A stretch of DNA of 64,000 nucleotides, from the NCBI GenBank assembly GCA_035517655.1, contig DATIYJ010000041.1:5801-69800 (forward strand), written 5' to 3'. The notes beneath the pieces were generated by a model. That model was given only the letters and a program-made list of their open reading frames with translations, was not told the DNA's origin and made no database searches. Positions 19,575 through 29,321 of the stretch are shown one piece after another. Every line of letters starts with the position of its first letter. The stretch's first letter is position 1. The position numbers were made by a program, and so were the translations under genes. The DNA comes from Nitrospiria bacterium. Its GTDB lineage: Bacteria > Nitrospirota > Nitrospiria > JACQBZ01.

Positions 19575-19825
19575 CGTTTTGAATCAGGGAGGATCGACAC
19601 TCGGACATTGTAGTGGGATTTTTCCGGGAATGCGAATAAAATATTGCGAACCGATCCGCAATTCATTATACTTAAAACCAACGACGGATTCGAGACGGCC
19701 GCTTGATCCGGCCTCCCCGCGCTTCCATCGTGTTCATCGCGCCGGTATTCGGCCCGTTTCTCCGAAGATTATCCTTCATCGTGGTCAACCTGAAGCCGAA
19801 TTTTTAGGAGACACCGAGGTTCCGA

Positions 19826-20874
19826 TGTCGTACGCCGTCCTAGAACGCTTGGCGCTGCCCCTGATCCTCTTCGTCTCGGTCTCGGCCGCCGGCCTGCTGC
19901 TGCGCGCGTGGACTCTGCACCTCCTCCAGCGGTGGTCCCGGAAAGTCCAAACTGCGCCGGCCGACATCGTTTTCCACGCCGTCCGGCTTCCTTCCTTTTT
20001 GTGGATCATCGCGATCGGACTGTACGTCACCGTCGGGACCTCCGAGCTGCCCAGGGACGACATCGGCTACGCCTTCAAGGTCCTGCACGTGCTGGTGATT
20101 GTGTCCGTCACGCTCGCGGTGGCCAATCTCGCCTCGCGCCTGGCGATCTACTCGGTTCGCGGGACCGAAATTTCGATCCAGGCGACCGGGCTCACGCGGG
20201 GCCTGGTCAAAGTCGTCGTGATCACGACGGGGATATTGGTTCTTCTGGACACGCTGGGAATCTCGATCACCCCGCTGCTGACCGCGCTGGGCGTCGGCGG
20301 TCTGGCCGTCGCGCTCGCCCTTCAGGACACGCTGGGCAACATGTTCGCCGGCGTCCATATCTTGATGGAAAAATCGATCCGCGTCGGCGACTTCATCCGG
20401 CTTGAAACCGGCCAGGAAGGCTGCGTGGCCGACATCGGATGGCGGACGACGCGGGTGAGGATGGCCCCGAACAACGTCGTGATCATTCCCAACTCGAAGC
20501 TCGCCCAGAGCGTCGTGACGAACTACGATCTGCCCGGCAAACCCATGGCGATCCAGCTTCCGGTCCGCGTGAGCTACGCGTCCGACCCGGACCAAGTCGA
20601 GCGGGTGCTGATCGACGAAGCGGCCCGGGCCGCAAAAGAGGTGCGGGGGATGCTGCCCGATCCGGCGCCGGCCGTGCAATTCATCCCGGGCTTCGGGGAG
20701 TCTTCCATGGACTTCACGCTGACCTGCCAGGTCGACCAATACGAGTCCCAGGGTCCCGTGCTGCATGAATTGCGGAAACGGATCTTCAAGCGCTTCAAGC
20801 GGGAAGGGATCGAAATCCCGTTTCCGATCCGGACCGTCTATATAAAGCGGGACGAACCCGGGGGTGACCCGTGA
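19826..20874 (+). CDS. Small-conductance mechanosensitive channel (MscS family)
   Basis: Three N-terminal TM helices, a conserved pore-lining TM3 region (LTALGVGGLAVALALQDTLGNMFAG) and a beta-domain. Start at MSYAVLER. Confidence 0.85.
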
Positions 20875-21545
20875 CGAAGCCGGACGATCGGGCCCGGCGG
20901 CCGTTTCGATTTTTTGAATGCACCGGCCTGATCCGGCCGACGGGAAAGCACGCGCAGGATCTTTCCGAGCTGCTCTCCCTGATCCGCATTGTGGACCCGG
21001 GCGTCATCTATCACCACACGCATCAATATTTTCTCAAGGCGGCCGTCGAGGCGCCCGAATATTATAATGACTTCGCGGTATGGGCCGCCCGGAGCCTGGA
21101 GGAGCGGGCTCTCGCGGAAAAACTGGCGAATCTGGACCTGTACGCCTTCTCCGGGATCGAAAAGGTCCGCGCCGCACTGACCGAGATCGTCGTGTCGTAC
21201 CTGGGGGAGAATCCCGCGCCCCGGCCGGCCCGCCCCGGCGACGCGTTCTACTTCAACGACGCGGTCACGATCGTCGCGGAGAGCGGCTTTGCGGCCGAGA
21301 GCCTCCCGGCGTTCCTCGAGGCGCTGGATCGCGTGGGAACCAGCAGCGTCTATTTTCATTTTTTTGAGGCGCGCTTCCGTTTGCGGCGTCCGGCGGACGA
21401 CTTCTCGATCTGGATCGAAGGCGATCTGGGCCGCCCGGATCTCGCGCGGAAGATCCGCGGGCTGGATCCGTACCAGTACAGCCTTGAGGGACTGCGCGGC
21501 CGGATACGATCGCTGCTTCGCCCGGACCCTGCGGGGGGTGTTTGA
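20871..21545 (+). CDS. Conserved hypothetical protein translationally coupled between the MscS and TreT genes
   Basis: GTG start overlaps the MscS stop (GTGA). Its stop overlaps the treT start (TGATG). No recognisable catalytic motif. Confidence 0.6.
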   Translation: MTKPDDRARRPFRFFECTGLIRPTGKHAQDLSELLSLIRIVDPGVIYHHTHQYFLKAAVEAPEYYNDFAVWAARSLEERALAEKLANLDLYAFSGIEKVRAALTEIVVSYLGENPAPRPARPGDAFYFNDAVTIVAESGFAAESLPAFLEALDRVGTSSVYFHFFEARFRLRRPADDFSIWIEGDLGRPDLARKIRGLDPYQYSLEGLRGRIRSLLRPDPAGGV

Positions 21546-22762
21546 TGAAAGGACTGTCCGACTACAACGGCATCGCCGAACCGGAGGATCTCCGGTTGTT
21601 GACCCGGCTGGGGGAACGGCTCCGCGGCCGGTCGTTCCTGCATGTCAATTCCACATCGGTCGGCGGCGGCGTGGCCGAAATCCTCCACCGTTTGATCGCC
21701 CTGTTCGTCGATCTGGGCGTCGCGGCCCGATGGGAAGTCATCAAGGGCGATCAATCCTTCTTCGAGGTGACCAAACAGATCCATAACGGGCTTCAGGGCC
21801 AGGCCGTCGAAATGAGCCCGCGGATGTGGGAAATCCACCGGGAAGTGAACGAGGCCAACGCCGGACAGATGGATCTGGACGCCGACCTTGTTTTCATCCA
21901 CGACCCGCAGCCCGCGCACCTGATCGGGCATCGCAGGCGCGGGGTCTGGGTCTGGCGCTGCCATGTGGACGTGTCCCATCCGCATCCGCCCGTGTGGGAG
22001 CGGCTGGCGGCCGACGTCGGCCGGCACGCCGCCGCGATTTTCTCGGGGGCCCAGTTCGCCCAGCAACTCGCCGTTCCCCAGTTTGTCGTGCCGCCGTCGA
22101 TCGATCCGTTGAGCGAGAAAAATCGAGACCTGACCGATCCGGAAGTTCAGGCGGAGCTCGAGGCCCATCAGATCCCCCGGGACAAGCCCATCCTGCTCCA
22201 GGTCTCCCGGTTTGATCGTTTCAAAGATCCGGTCGGGGTCGTTCAGGCCTATCGCATGGTGAAGCGGTATTATGACTGCCGGCTGATCCTGGCGGGCGGG
22301 ACCGCGACGGACGATCCGGAAGGGGAGGGGATTCTGGCCCGCGTGCGCGAAGAGGCTCAGAACGATCCCGACATACGGATTCTGTTGTTGCCTCCCTTCA
22401 GCGACCGGCTGATCAACGCGCTGCAGCGGGCCGCCGCGGTCGTGCTGCAAAAATCCACGCGGGAAGGTTTCGGATTGACCGTGGCGGAGGCGCTCTGGAA
22501 AGCGAAGCCGGTCGTCGGCGGGGCCGTCGGGGGGATCCCCTCCCAGATCCATCACGGCGTCACGGGTTTTCTGGTCCATTCGGTCGAGGGCGCGGCCTAC
22601 CGGATCCGCCAGTTGCTGCATAATCCCGCGCTGGGAAAGAAAATGGGGGAGATGGGGCGCGAACATATCCGGCGAAATTTCCTGATCACCCGGCAGGCCA
22701 AGGACTACCTGGCCCTCTGGGTGGCCCTGGAGCGCCGGAACGAGCGCGTGATTTCGATATGA
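21545..22762 (+). CDS. treT: Trehalose glycosyltransferring synthase TreT (GT4)
   Basis: Strong similarity to archaeal/bacterial TreT hallmark segments: RGRSFLHVNSTSVGGGVAEILH, FFEVTKQIHNGLQG, HDPQP, WRCHVD, PPSIDPLSEKN, REGFGLTV. Confidence 0.85.
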   Translation: MKGLSDYNGIAEPEDLRLLTRLGERLRGRSFLHVNSTSVGGGVAEILHRLIALFVDLGVAARWEVIKGDQSFFEVTKQIHNGLQGQAVEMSPRMWEIHREVNEANAGQMDLDADLVFIHDPQPAHLIGHRRRGVWVWRCHVDVSHPHPPVWERLAADVGRHAAAIFSGAQFAQQLAVPQFVVPPSIDPLSEKNRDLTDPEVQAELEAHQIPRDKPILLQVSRFDRFKDPVGVVQAYRMVKRYYDCRLILAGGTATDDPEGEGILARVREEAQNDPDIRILLLPPFSDRLINALQRAAAVVLQKSTREGFGLTVAEALWKAKPVVGGAVGGIPSQIHHGVTGFLVHSVEGAAYRIRQLLHNPALGKKMGEMGREHIRRNFLITRQAKDYLALWVALERRNERVISI

Positions 22763-24249
22763 ACCGCGAAGACGATCCAAACCGTTCACCCACCCGGCGC
22801 CTTTCCGAATCGTTCCGCTTGCGCGGCCGGCGCTTCGTAGTGGCGTCCAACCGCGAGCCCTACGTGCAACGCAGGGTGCGGGAGGAGATCCGCTGGGGCC
22901 GGCCCGCGGGCGGCGTCACGGCCGCGCTCGATCCGCTGCTCCAATCCATGGACGGAACCTGGGTCGCCTGGGGGAGCGGGGACGCCGACCGGCTCGCGGT
23001 GGACCCAAGGGATCGTGTCCGCGTGCCGCCCGACCGGCCGGCCTATACGTTGCGCCGGGTCTGGCTGACGCCCGACGAGGTCGAGCAGTACTACCACGGT
23101 TATTCGAACCGTTTTCTCTGGCCGCTTTGTCACGTGACGCTCGACCGCGTCGTCTTCCGCCAGAAATACTGGGAAGGCTACCGGACCGTGAATGAGCGGT
23201 TCGCGGAGGCGATCCTTGAAGAACTCGATGATAAGCCCGGGGTGGTTTGGGTCCAGGACTACCAGCTGGCCCTCTGTCCCGCGTTTATAAAAAAGCGGCG
23301 TCCGGATCTGACGGTGGCGCTGTTCTGGCACATTCCCTGGCCTGCGCATGACGTGTTCCGGATCTGTCCGCAACGGAAGGAATTGCTGGAAGGCCTGCTG
23401 GCCTGCGATCAGATCGGTTTTCATCTCGATCGGTATCGCGTCAATTTTCTGGAGTGCGTCAAACGGGAGGTGGGCGACGCGTCGGAGTCCCGGAAGGAGC
23501 GGATCCGCTTCCGCGATCACGAGACGACGCTCTCCGCGATTCCCGTGGGCATCGATTTTGGGTCGTTCGAACAGCGGGCGCGCTCGCCGGAAACGGTGAA
23601 GCGGATGACGAATATTAAAAAACGGCTGACGATCGGTTCGGACACGATCGTGGGACTGGGCGTCGACCGGCTAGATTATACCAAGGGGCTTCTCAAGCGC
23701 CTCTGGGCCCTTGAGGAGTTTCTCTCCCGTTATCCGGAATACCGCGGCCGGTTCCTGTTCATCCAGATCGCCGCGCCGACCCGGGCCGAGAGCGAGCCCT
23801 ACCGGGGATACCGGGATATTCTCCGGTCGACGGTCCGCGAAATCAATCGGCGCTTCGCGCGGCCGGGCTGGCGGCCGGTCGAGTACATCGAGGGACAACT
23901 GAGCCACGCGTCGGTCGTCGCCTATTACCGCCTGGCCCGTTTCTGCCTCGTCAGCTCCGTTTACGACGGGATGAACCTGGTTTCGAAGGAGTTCGCGGCC
24001 TCGAAGGTCGAGGAGCCGGGCGTCCTTTTGCTGAGTGAAATGGCCGGATCCCTGGAGGATCTCGACGGGGCCATGCCGATCAACCCCTATGACCTGGAGG
24101 GCACGGCCGAGGCGATCCGGAGCGCGATCGAGATGCCCGTCGAAGAACAACGTATCCGGATCGGCCGAATGCGGGAATTGGTCCGGAAGCACGACGTCTA
24201 CGAATGGATGGAGAACAACCTGAACGCCATGACGGCGGCCTCCGGGTAG
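22759..24249 (+). CDS. otsA: Alpha,alpha-trehalose-phosphate synthase OtsA (GT20)
   Basis: N-terminal segment VVASNREPY...GGVTAAL; the GT20 family call is from overall length and context. ATGA overlap with treT. Confidence 0.9.
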   Translation: MNREDDPNRSPTRRLSESFRLRGRRFVVASNREPYVQRRVREEIRWGRPAGGVTAALDPLLQSMDGTWVAWGSGDADRLAVDPRDRVRVPPDRPAYTLRRVWLTPDEVEQYYHGYSNRFLWPLCHVTLDRVVFRQKYWEGYRTVNERFAEAILEELDDKPGVVWVQDYQLALCPAFIKKRRPDLTVALFWHIPWPAHDVFRICPQRKELLEGLLACDQIGFHLDRYRVNFLECVKREVGDASESRKERIRFRDHETTLSAIPVGIDFGSFEQRARSPETVKRMTNIKKRLTIGSDTIVGLGVDRLDYTKGLLKRLWALEEFLSRYPEYRGRFLFIQIAAPTRAESEPYRGYRDILRSTVREINRRFARPGWRPVEYIEGQLSHASVVAYYRLARFCLVSSVYDGMNLVSKEFAASKVEEPGVLLLSEMAGSLEDLDGAMPINPYDLEGTAEAIRSAIEMPVEEQRIRIGRMRELVRKHDVYEWMENNLNAMTAASG

Positions 24250-24252
24250 GCG

Positions 24253-25068
24253 ATGGGACTTTCGGTCCGACCGATCGGGATCCCCTCGCGGCGAAGAAAG
24301 GCCGGCCGGTTTCCGGCCGTTTTTCTGGATTTTGACGGCACGCTGGCGCCCATCGCCGCCCGGCCGGAGCAGGCTCGGTTGCCGTCCGAAATGCGCCGCC
24401 TCCTCACGCGGCTGTCCCGCCGCGCGCCGGTGGTGATCGTGAGCGGACGGTCCCTCCCGGACCTCCGGTCCCGCATCGGTCTGCCGGGCCTCGTGTATGT
24501 CGGCAACCACGGGCTGGAGATCGCCGGATGCGGATTGCGGTACCGCATGGAGGACGCGGACGATTGGCGCCGTCGGCTGAAAGCCCTGGGCGACCGGTTG
24601 CGGGAGACGATGGGATTCCTTTCCGGTATTTTTATCGAAGACAAAGGCTATACCCTGAGCGTTCATTACCGCCTGGCCGGCGGCGCCGTCCGGCGCCGGG
24701 CGGCCCGGCGCTTCGCCGAATGGCTGGGGCCGCTTCGGCGCCGGGGACGGGTCCGGGTCGTCCGGGGAAAGGCGGCCTGGGAAATCCGGCCGCCGGTCGA
24801 TTGGGACAAGGGTCGCGCCGTCGCCTGGATCCTCGATCAGCCGCGATTCCGGGGGCGATGGCCGTTGTACATCGGCGACGATGAAACGGATCAGGACGCC
24901 TTTCGGGCGATCCGAAAGGTCGGCCTCGGCATCGCGGTGGGTCCGCCGGAGAATAAAGGGGCGGCCCGTCACGCCGTCCAGAGTCCGAGGGAAGTCGAGG
25001 TGTTTCTCAGACGGCTGCTTTCTTTGTTGTCCACGAACCCGCCGCGATCGGAGGCCGGCCCGGTGTGA
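24253..25068 (+). CDS. otsB: Trehalose-6-phosphate phosphatase OtsB (HAD-IIB)
   Basis: HAD motif I FLDFDGTLAP. Motif IV GDDETD. 3 nt after the otsA stop. Confidence 0.85.
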   Translation: MGLSVRPIGIPSRRRKAGRFPAVFLDFDGTLAPIAARPEQARLPSEMRRLLTRLSRRAPVVIVSGRSLPDLRSRIGLPGLVYVGNHGLEIAGCGLRYRMEDADDWRRRLKALGDRLRETMGFLSGIFIEDKGYTLSVHYRLAGGAVRRRAARRFAEWLGPLRRRGRVRVVRGKAAWEIRPPVDWDKGRAVAWILDQPRFRGRWPLYIGDDETDQDAFRAIRKVGLGIAVGPPENKGAARHAVQSPREVEVFLRRLLSLLSTNPPRSEAGPV

Positions 25069-25377
25069 TCGGGGCCGACAGGCACCCTTTAAACGCTTCG
25101 TGATGTCCGCGGGTCTTGACCTGCCGGGCTTTCTCCATGGATAGTCCGGTTCGCTGGGCGATTATCTTCAAGCCCATCCTCCGAAAACTCTCAAGACCGC
25201 TCCGGTGTCGCGTTCGACGACCGGTTTTGACTAGCGAAATGAAGAATTTCCTCGGGCATCACCATACAATGCGCCTCGAAAAAGAGGACGAACGATGTCA
25301 CACCAATGAAAATCTTTCTTGCAATGGCCGTCTCCAAATCTTAGACTTAAGAAGCGAAACCGTATTGAAGGGAAGTT

Positions 25378-27063
25378 ATGAATCTTAGTCCCCTCGCGGG
25401 AAAGCCGGCTTTGCCCTCGATGCGGGTCGACGTGCCCAAACTCGTTACCGCCTATTATACCGAGGTGCCTGACCCTTCGGTGCCGGAGCAACGGGTTGCG
25501 TTCGGCACTTCGGGGCATCGCGGTTCCGCACTCGAGAAGACGTTCAACGAATGGCATATCCTCGCCATCAGTCGGGCCATTTGCCTGTATCGGGAGCGGC
25601 AGAAGATCGACGGCCCGTTGTATCTCGGTATGGACACGCATGCGCTCTCCGTGCCGGCTCTGGCCAGCGCACTTGAAGTGCTGTCGGCCAACGGGGTGGA
25701 TGTCATGATTGCGGAGAGGGAGGAATATACCCCGACCCCGGCCGTTTCCCACGCGATTCTCGCCCACAACCGCGGGCGCAAGAGAGGGCTCGCGGACGGC
25801 ATCGTGATCACCCCTTCGCATAATCCGCCCCATGACGGGGGCTTCAAGTACAATCCCCCGAGCGGCGGACCGGCGGAGACCGGTGTCACCGGTTGGATCG
25901 AGGCGAAGGCCAACGAGTTGCTTAAGAAGGGCCTCCAAGGCGTAAAGAGAATTTCCTTCGAAAAGGCTCTTCGCGCCCCTACAACGCACCGGCACAACTA
26001 CCTCGAAGCCTACACGAGCGATCTCGGCCATGTGATCGATATGGACGCCATTCGCCGCGCGGACATTCGTCTGGGGGTCGATCCGCTCGGCGGCGCCGGG
26101 GTTCACTATTGGGGACGGATCGCGGAGCGCTACGGGTTGAACCTCACGGTCGTCAATGAGGCCGTCGATCCGACCTTCCTTTTCATGACGGTGGATTGGG
26201 ACGGCCAGATCCGCACGGACCCCTCCTCGCCCCATGCGATGCAAAGATTGATTGCCCTGAAGGATCGCTTCGAGATCGCCTTTGCCTGCGACGCCGACCA
26301 TGACCGGCACGGGATTGTCACGCGGAGCGCGGGGTTGCTGCCGCCCAACCACTACCTTGCGGCCGCCGTCTTCTACCTCTTTCAGCACCGGCCGATGTGG
26401 CGCAAAGAAGCGGCGGTCGGTAAGACGGTGGTGAGCAGCCGGATGATTGATCGCGTCACCGCGAAGCTGGGTCGGAAGCTTTATGAAGTTCCGGTCGGCT
26501 TCAAGTGGTTCGTGGACGGCCTGCTCGACGGCTCGCTCGCCTTCGGCGGTGAAGAGAGCGCGGGTGCCTCTTTCGTCCGTCTGGACGGCCGCGTTTGGAC
26601 GACGGACAAAGACGGCATCGTCCCGGCCTTGCTCGCGGCGGAGATCGCCGCGCGGGAGGGCCGGGATCCCGGCGAGATCTACCGCGGGCTGACACGCGAG
26701 TTCGGCGAGCCCGCGTATGACCGCGTCGAGGCGCGGGCCACTCCGGAGCAGAAGGAGATGCTCGCCAACCTTTCGCCGCAACAGGTCCGGCTCAAAGTCC
26801 TCGCGGGAGAGCCGATCCGGACCATCCTCACCCGCGCGCCGGGCAACGGCGCTCCCATCGGCGGACTGAAGGTGATCACCGATAGCGGGTGGTTTGCGGC
26901 GCGTCCGTCGGGGACCGAGAATATCTACAAGATTTATGCGGAAAGCTTCCGGGGAGCGGATCATCTGCGCCGCATCCTGGAGGAGGCACAGGCGATCGTC
27001 AACGACGTTCTCGGAGCCTCTCCGCCTCAGCCGGGGGTCCGCCCGAGACAAAGTCGAAGGTGA
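25378..27063 (+). CDS. pgm: Phosphoglucomutase (alpha-D-glucose phosphate-specific)
   Basis: Active-site loop [15 protein letters not shown]. Mg-binding DADHDR. 561 aa. Confidence 0.9.
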   Translation: MNLSPLAGKPALPSMRVDVPKLVTAYYTEVPDPSVPEQRVAFGTSGHRGSALEKTFNEWHILAISRAICLYRERQKIDGPLYLGMDTHALSVPALASALEVLSANGVDVMIAEREEYTPTPAVSHAILAHNRGRKRGLADGIVITPSHNPPHDGGFKYNPPSGGPAETGVTGWIEAKANELLKKGLQGVKRISFEKALRAPTTHRHNYLEAYTSDLGHVIDMDAIRRADIRLGVDPLGGAGVHYWGRIAERYGLNLTVVNEAVDPTFLFMTVDWDGQIRTDPSSPHAMQRLIALKDRFEIAFACDADHDRHGIVTRSAGLLPPNHYLAAAVFYLFQHRPMWRKEAAVGKTVVSSRMIDRVTAKLGRKLYEVPVGFKWFVDGLLDGSLAFGGEESAGASFVRLDGRVWTTDKDGIVPALLAAEIAAREGRDPGEIYRGLTREFGEPAYDRVEARATPEQKEMLANLSPQQVRLKVLAGEPIRTILTRAPGNGAPIGGLKVITDSGWFAARPSGTENIYKIYAESFRGADHLRRILEEAQAIVNDVLGASPPQPGVRPRQSRR

Positions 27064-27067
27064 AACG

Positions 27068-27920
27068 ATGAGCAAACAAACGCCGGTCCTCAAGCCGCCC
27101 TCCAATTTGGTCCCCGCGGACGTCAAGGGCTTCGATTCCCTGGCCGAGCTGGCGCTGGATTTGCGCTGGTCCTGGAACCATTGCACCGATGAAGTGTGGC
27201 GGCGGCTTGATCCCGCTCTGTGGGAGCGAACGCATAACCCTTGGGTCGTGCTGCAGACCGTTTCGCGAGACCGGCTCCAGCGCGTGTTGGCGGATCCCGT
27301 CCGCTGCAAAGAAGTTGATGATCTCGTGCAAGCCGAGCGACGCGCGGCGCAAGCCCCCGCATGGTTTCAGGAAAACTATTCGCGCGCTCCCCTGACCTGT
27401 GTCGTGTATTTTAGTATGGAGTTCATGTTGAGCGAAGCGCTTCCCATCTATTCGGGCGGGCTTGGCAATGTGGCCGGGGCGAGGCATCTTCTTGATCCCA
27501 TGGCGCTGACGCTGGGCTTTGCGCGCCGCTTCGCAACCTACAAACGACCGAATCTGTTGCTGCGGGATCCGGAGCGGTTGCTTCGCCTTCTGACGCATCC
27601 TCAAGCGCCCGGTGCAACTCATCATGGCTGGCAAGGCCCACCCGGCGGACGAGGCCGGTCAGGTCCTGATCCAGGCATGGACACATTTCATTACGCTGTC
27701 CATCCTGGTGTTCAACTTTTACCCGATGACCGCAGTGATGATTGTGCTTCTGGCGTTGCTCAACGACGGGGCGATCCTGTCCATTGCCTATGACAAGGTT
27801 CACTATCGGAACAACCCCGAAGCCTGGAACATGCGCACCGTGTTGGGCCTGGCGACCGTGCTGGGGATCGCCGGCGTGATTGCGTCGTTCGGGACGTTCA
27901 CTTCAAGCGATCTTGGCTGA
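27068..27920 (+). pseudogene. Mosaic pseudogene: alpha-glucan (glycogen) phosphorylase remnant fused to a P-type H+-ATPase TM5-6 fragment
   Basis: The N-terminus has the DUF3417/GT35 start (LALDLRWSWNHCTDEVWRRLDPALWE ... YFSMEFMLSEALPIYSGGLG). It then jumps to a C-terminal phosphorylase segment (LGFARRFATYKRPNLLLRDPERL...RPVQLIMAGKAHPADEAGQVLIQAW) with a frameshift. It continues in frame into ...MIVLLALLNDGAILSIAYDKVHYRNNPEAWNMRTVLGLATVLG, which matches the plasma-membrane H+-ATPase TM5-6 region. It then stops. Confidence 0.65.
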
Positions 27921-27968
27921 ATTTATCGAGGACTTAGCCATCGGTCCCGTCGCGATCCCGACGGAGAT

Positions 27969-29171
27969 TTAGGCCGACGGCTTCAACGCGCTTCGCTCGG
28001 TCCAGGTGACCCCGATGGCCGTCAGCAGGTTTGTAAGCAGGATGATCAGCAGCACGATGTCCACGAAGGCCTCCGTCCCTGGAATGCCGGCCGCGACGGG
28101 AAGGGGGGCCAGCACGGCCGCCGCCAGTCCGCGGGCCGTCATCAGCCAAAGAACCATCTTTTCCGGTTTCCGATCACGGTAGACCCAGACCAGCAGTTGC
28201 GCGGCTAGGTAGCGGGACAGAACGATGGCCCCGAAGATCAACAGGCACAGCAGAAGGTTGAGCGGGCCGAGGTGGTCCATGGTGAATATGAGCCCGATAT
28301 AGACGAAAAAGAAGGTGCGGATGAAGAAGGCCAGTTCTCCGTGAAACCCCCGGATCGTGGCCTCGGAGGAGTTGGAGGCCAGCGCGGTTCCGAAGAGGGA
28401 GGGGAAGCGCTTGTAGTTGCCCAGGATCAGGCCGAAGACCAGAGCCGCCATGGCGCCGTTCCCCCGGATGAATTCGGCCAGGCTGAACAGGAGAAACAAT
28501 ATCGCGAGGGTCAGCATGTAGGAGAACTGCGGACGTTTGAGCCGTTCCAGGAATTTCGACCACCCGATGCCGCAGGCCGCGCCCAAAAGGATCCCGATGA
28601 TGAATCGACCGAGCAGATCCTGGATCGGGGCGATCCATTCCGCCCGGCCGGTGGGGATCAGGTGCACCAGGCTCAATCCGATCACCACGCAGAGGATGTC
28701 GGTGAGCGACGATTCCAGGCTGAGGATCGTCTTGGCCTCCTCGCTGATCCGCATCTGGGCGACCAGGGGCATCACGATGGCGCCGCTGGTGCCGCCGACG
28801 ATGGCCCCCAGCAGGAGGCCGAGGGGTAACGGGTAGCCGAAGAGCCATGCGATGAACGCGGTGAGGGCCGCCGTGGCCAGAAATCCGAGCACGGCCAGCA
28901 GGACGGCGCCGGTGAACTGGCGCAGGATGCTCCGGAGATCGAGCGCCATGCCCCCGTCGAAGAGAATCATGATCATTGCAAACGTCGCAAAGTAGGGCGT
29001 GAAATTGGCGAGCTGCGCCGGGTCCAGCAGATGGAGAAACGGGCCGAGCAGGATGCCGATGAAGAGCAGCACCGGCAGATCCGGAATCCGGGTCCGCTGG
29101 AAAACGACCGAGCCGAAGAAGCCGATGAAGATGATGATCCCGATGAGGGCGAAGGCCAGGTTGACTGTCAT
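27969..29171 (-). CDS. Cation:proton antiporter (CPA1/CPA2, Na+/H+ exchanger family)
   Basis: 400 aa, about 11-12 TM helices, Na_H_Exchanger-like glycine-rich segments. Confidence 0.8.
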   Translation of the reverse strand: MTVNLAFALIGIIIFIGFFGSVVFQRTRIPDLPVLLFIGILLGPFLHLLDPAQLANFTPYFATFAMIMILFDGGMALDLRSILRQFTGAVLLAVLGFLATAALTAFIAWLFGYPLPLGLLLGAIVGGTSGAIVMPLVAQMRISEEAKTILSLESSLTDILCVVIGLSLVHLIPTGRAEWIAPIQDLLGRFIIGILLGAACGIGWSKFLERLKRPQFSYMLTLAILFLLFSLAEFIRGNGAMAALVFGLILGNYKRFPSLFGTALASNSSEATIRGFHGELAFFIRTFFFVYIGLIFTMDHLGPLNLLLCLLIFGAIVLSRYLAAQLLVWVYRDRKPEKMVLWLMTARGLAAAVLAPLPVAAGIPGTEAFVDIVLLIILLTNLLTAIGVTWTERSALKPSA

Positions 29172-29217
29172 GTGATTTTTCCAAGGAACGCGGGCAAGCG
29201 CGTTTCAGTCAAAAAAG

Positions 29218-29246
29218 TTGAAAGGTCCGCCTAGATGCGTTATACT
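29218..29246 (+). promoter_or_regulatory. Candidate promoter of the glycosyltransferase pair operon
   Basis: TTGAAA-N17-TATACT about 75 nt upstream of the ATG at 29322. RBS AAGGAAGAG. Confidence 0.4.
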
Positions 29247-29321
29247 TGAAAACAATCAAACCCTCGAACCGTTCCCATTATACTGTAAAGTCCCTCTGGC
29301 TCCAATAAAAAAGGAAGAGCG

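Noticed and set aside
28174-29184. Alternative-frame 336 aa ORF over the CPA antiporter
   Set aside because: Pro/Arg/His-rich non-membrane translation. The 27969-29171 frame gives a coherent 11-12 TM antiporter.
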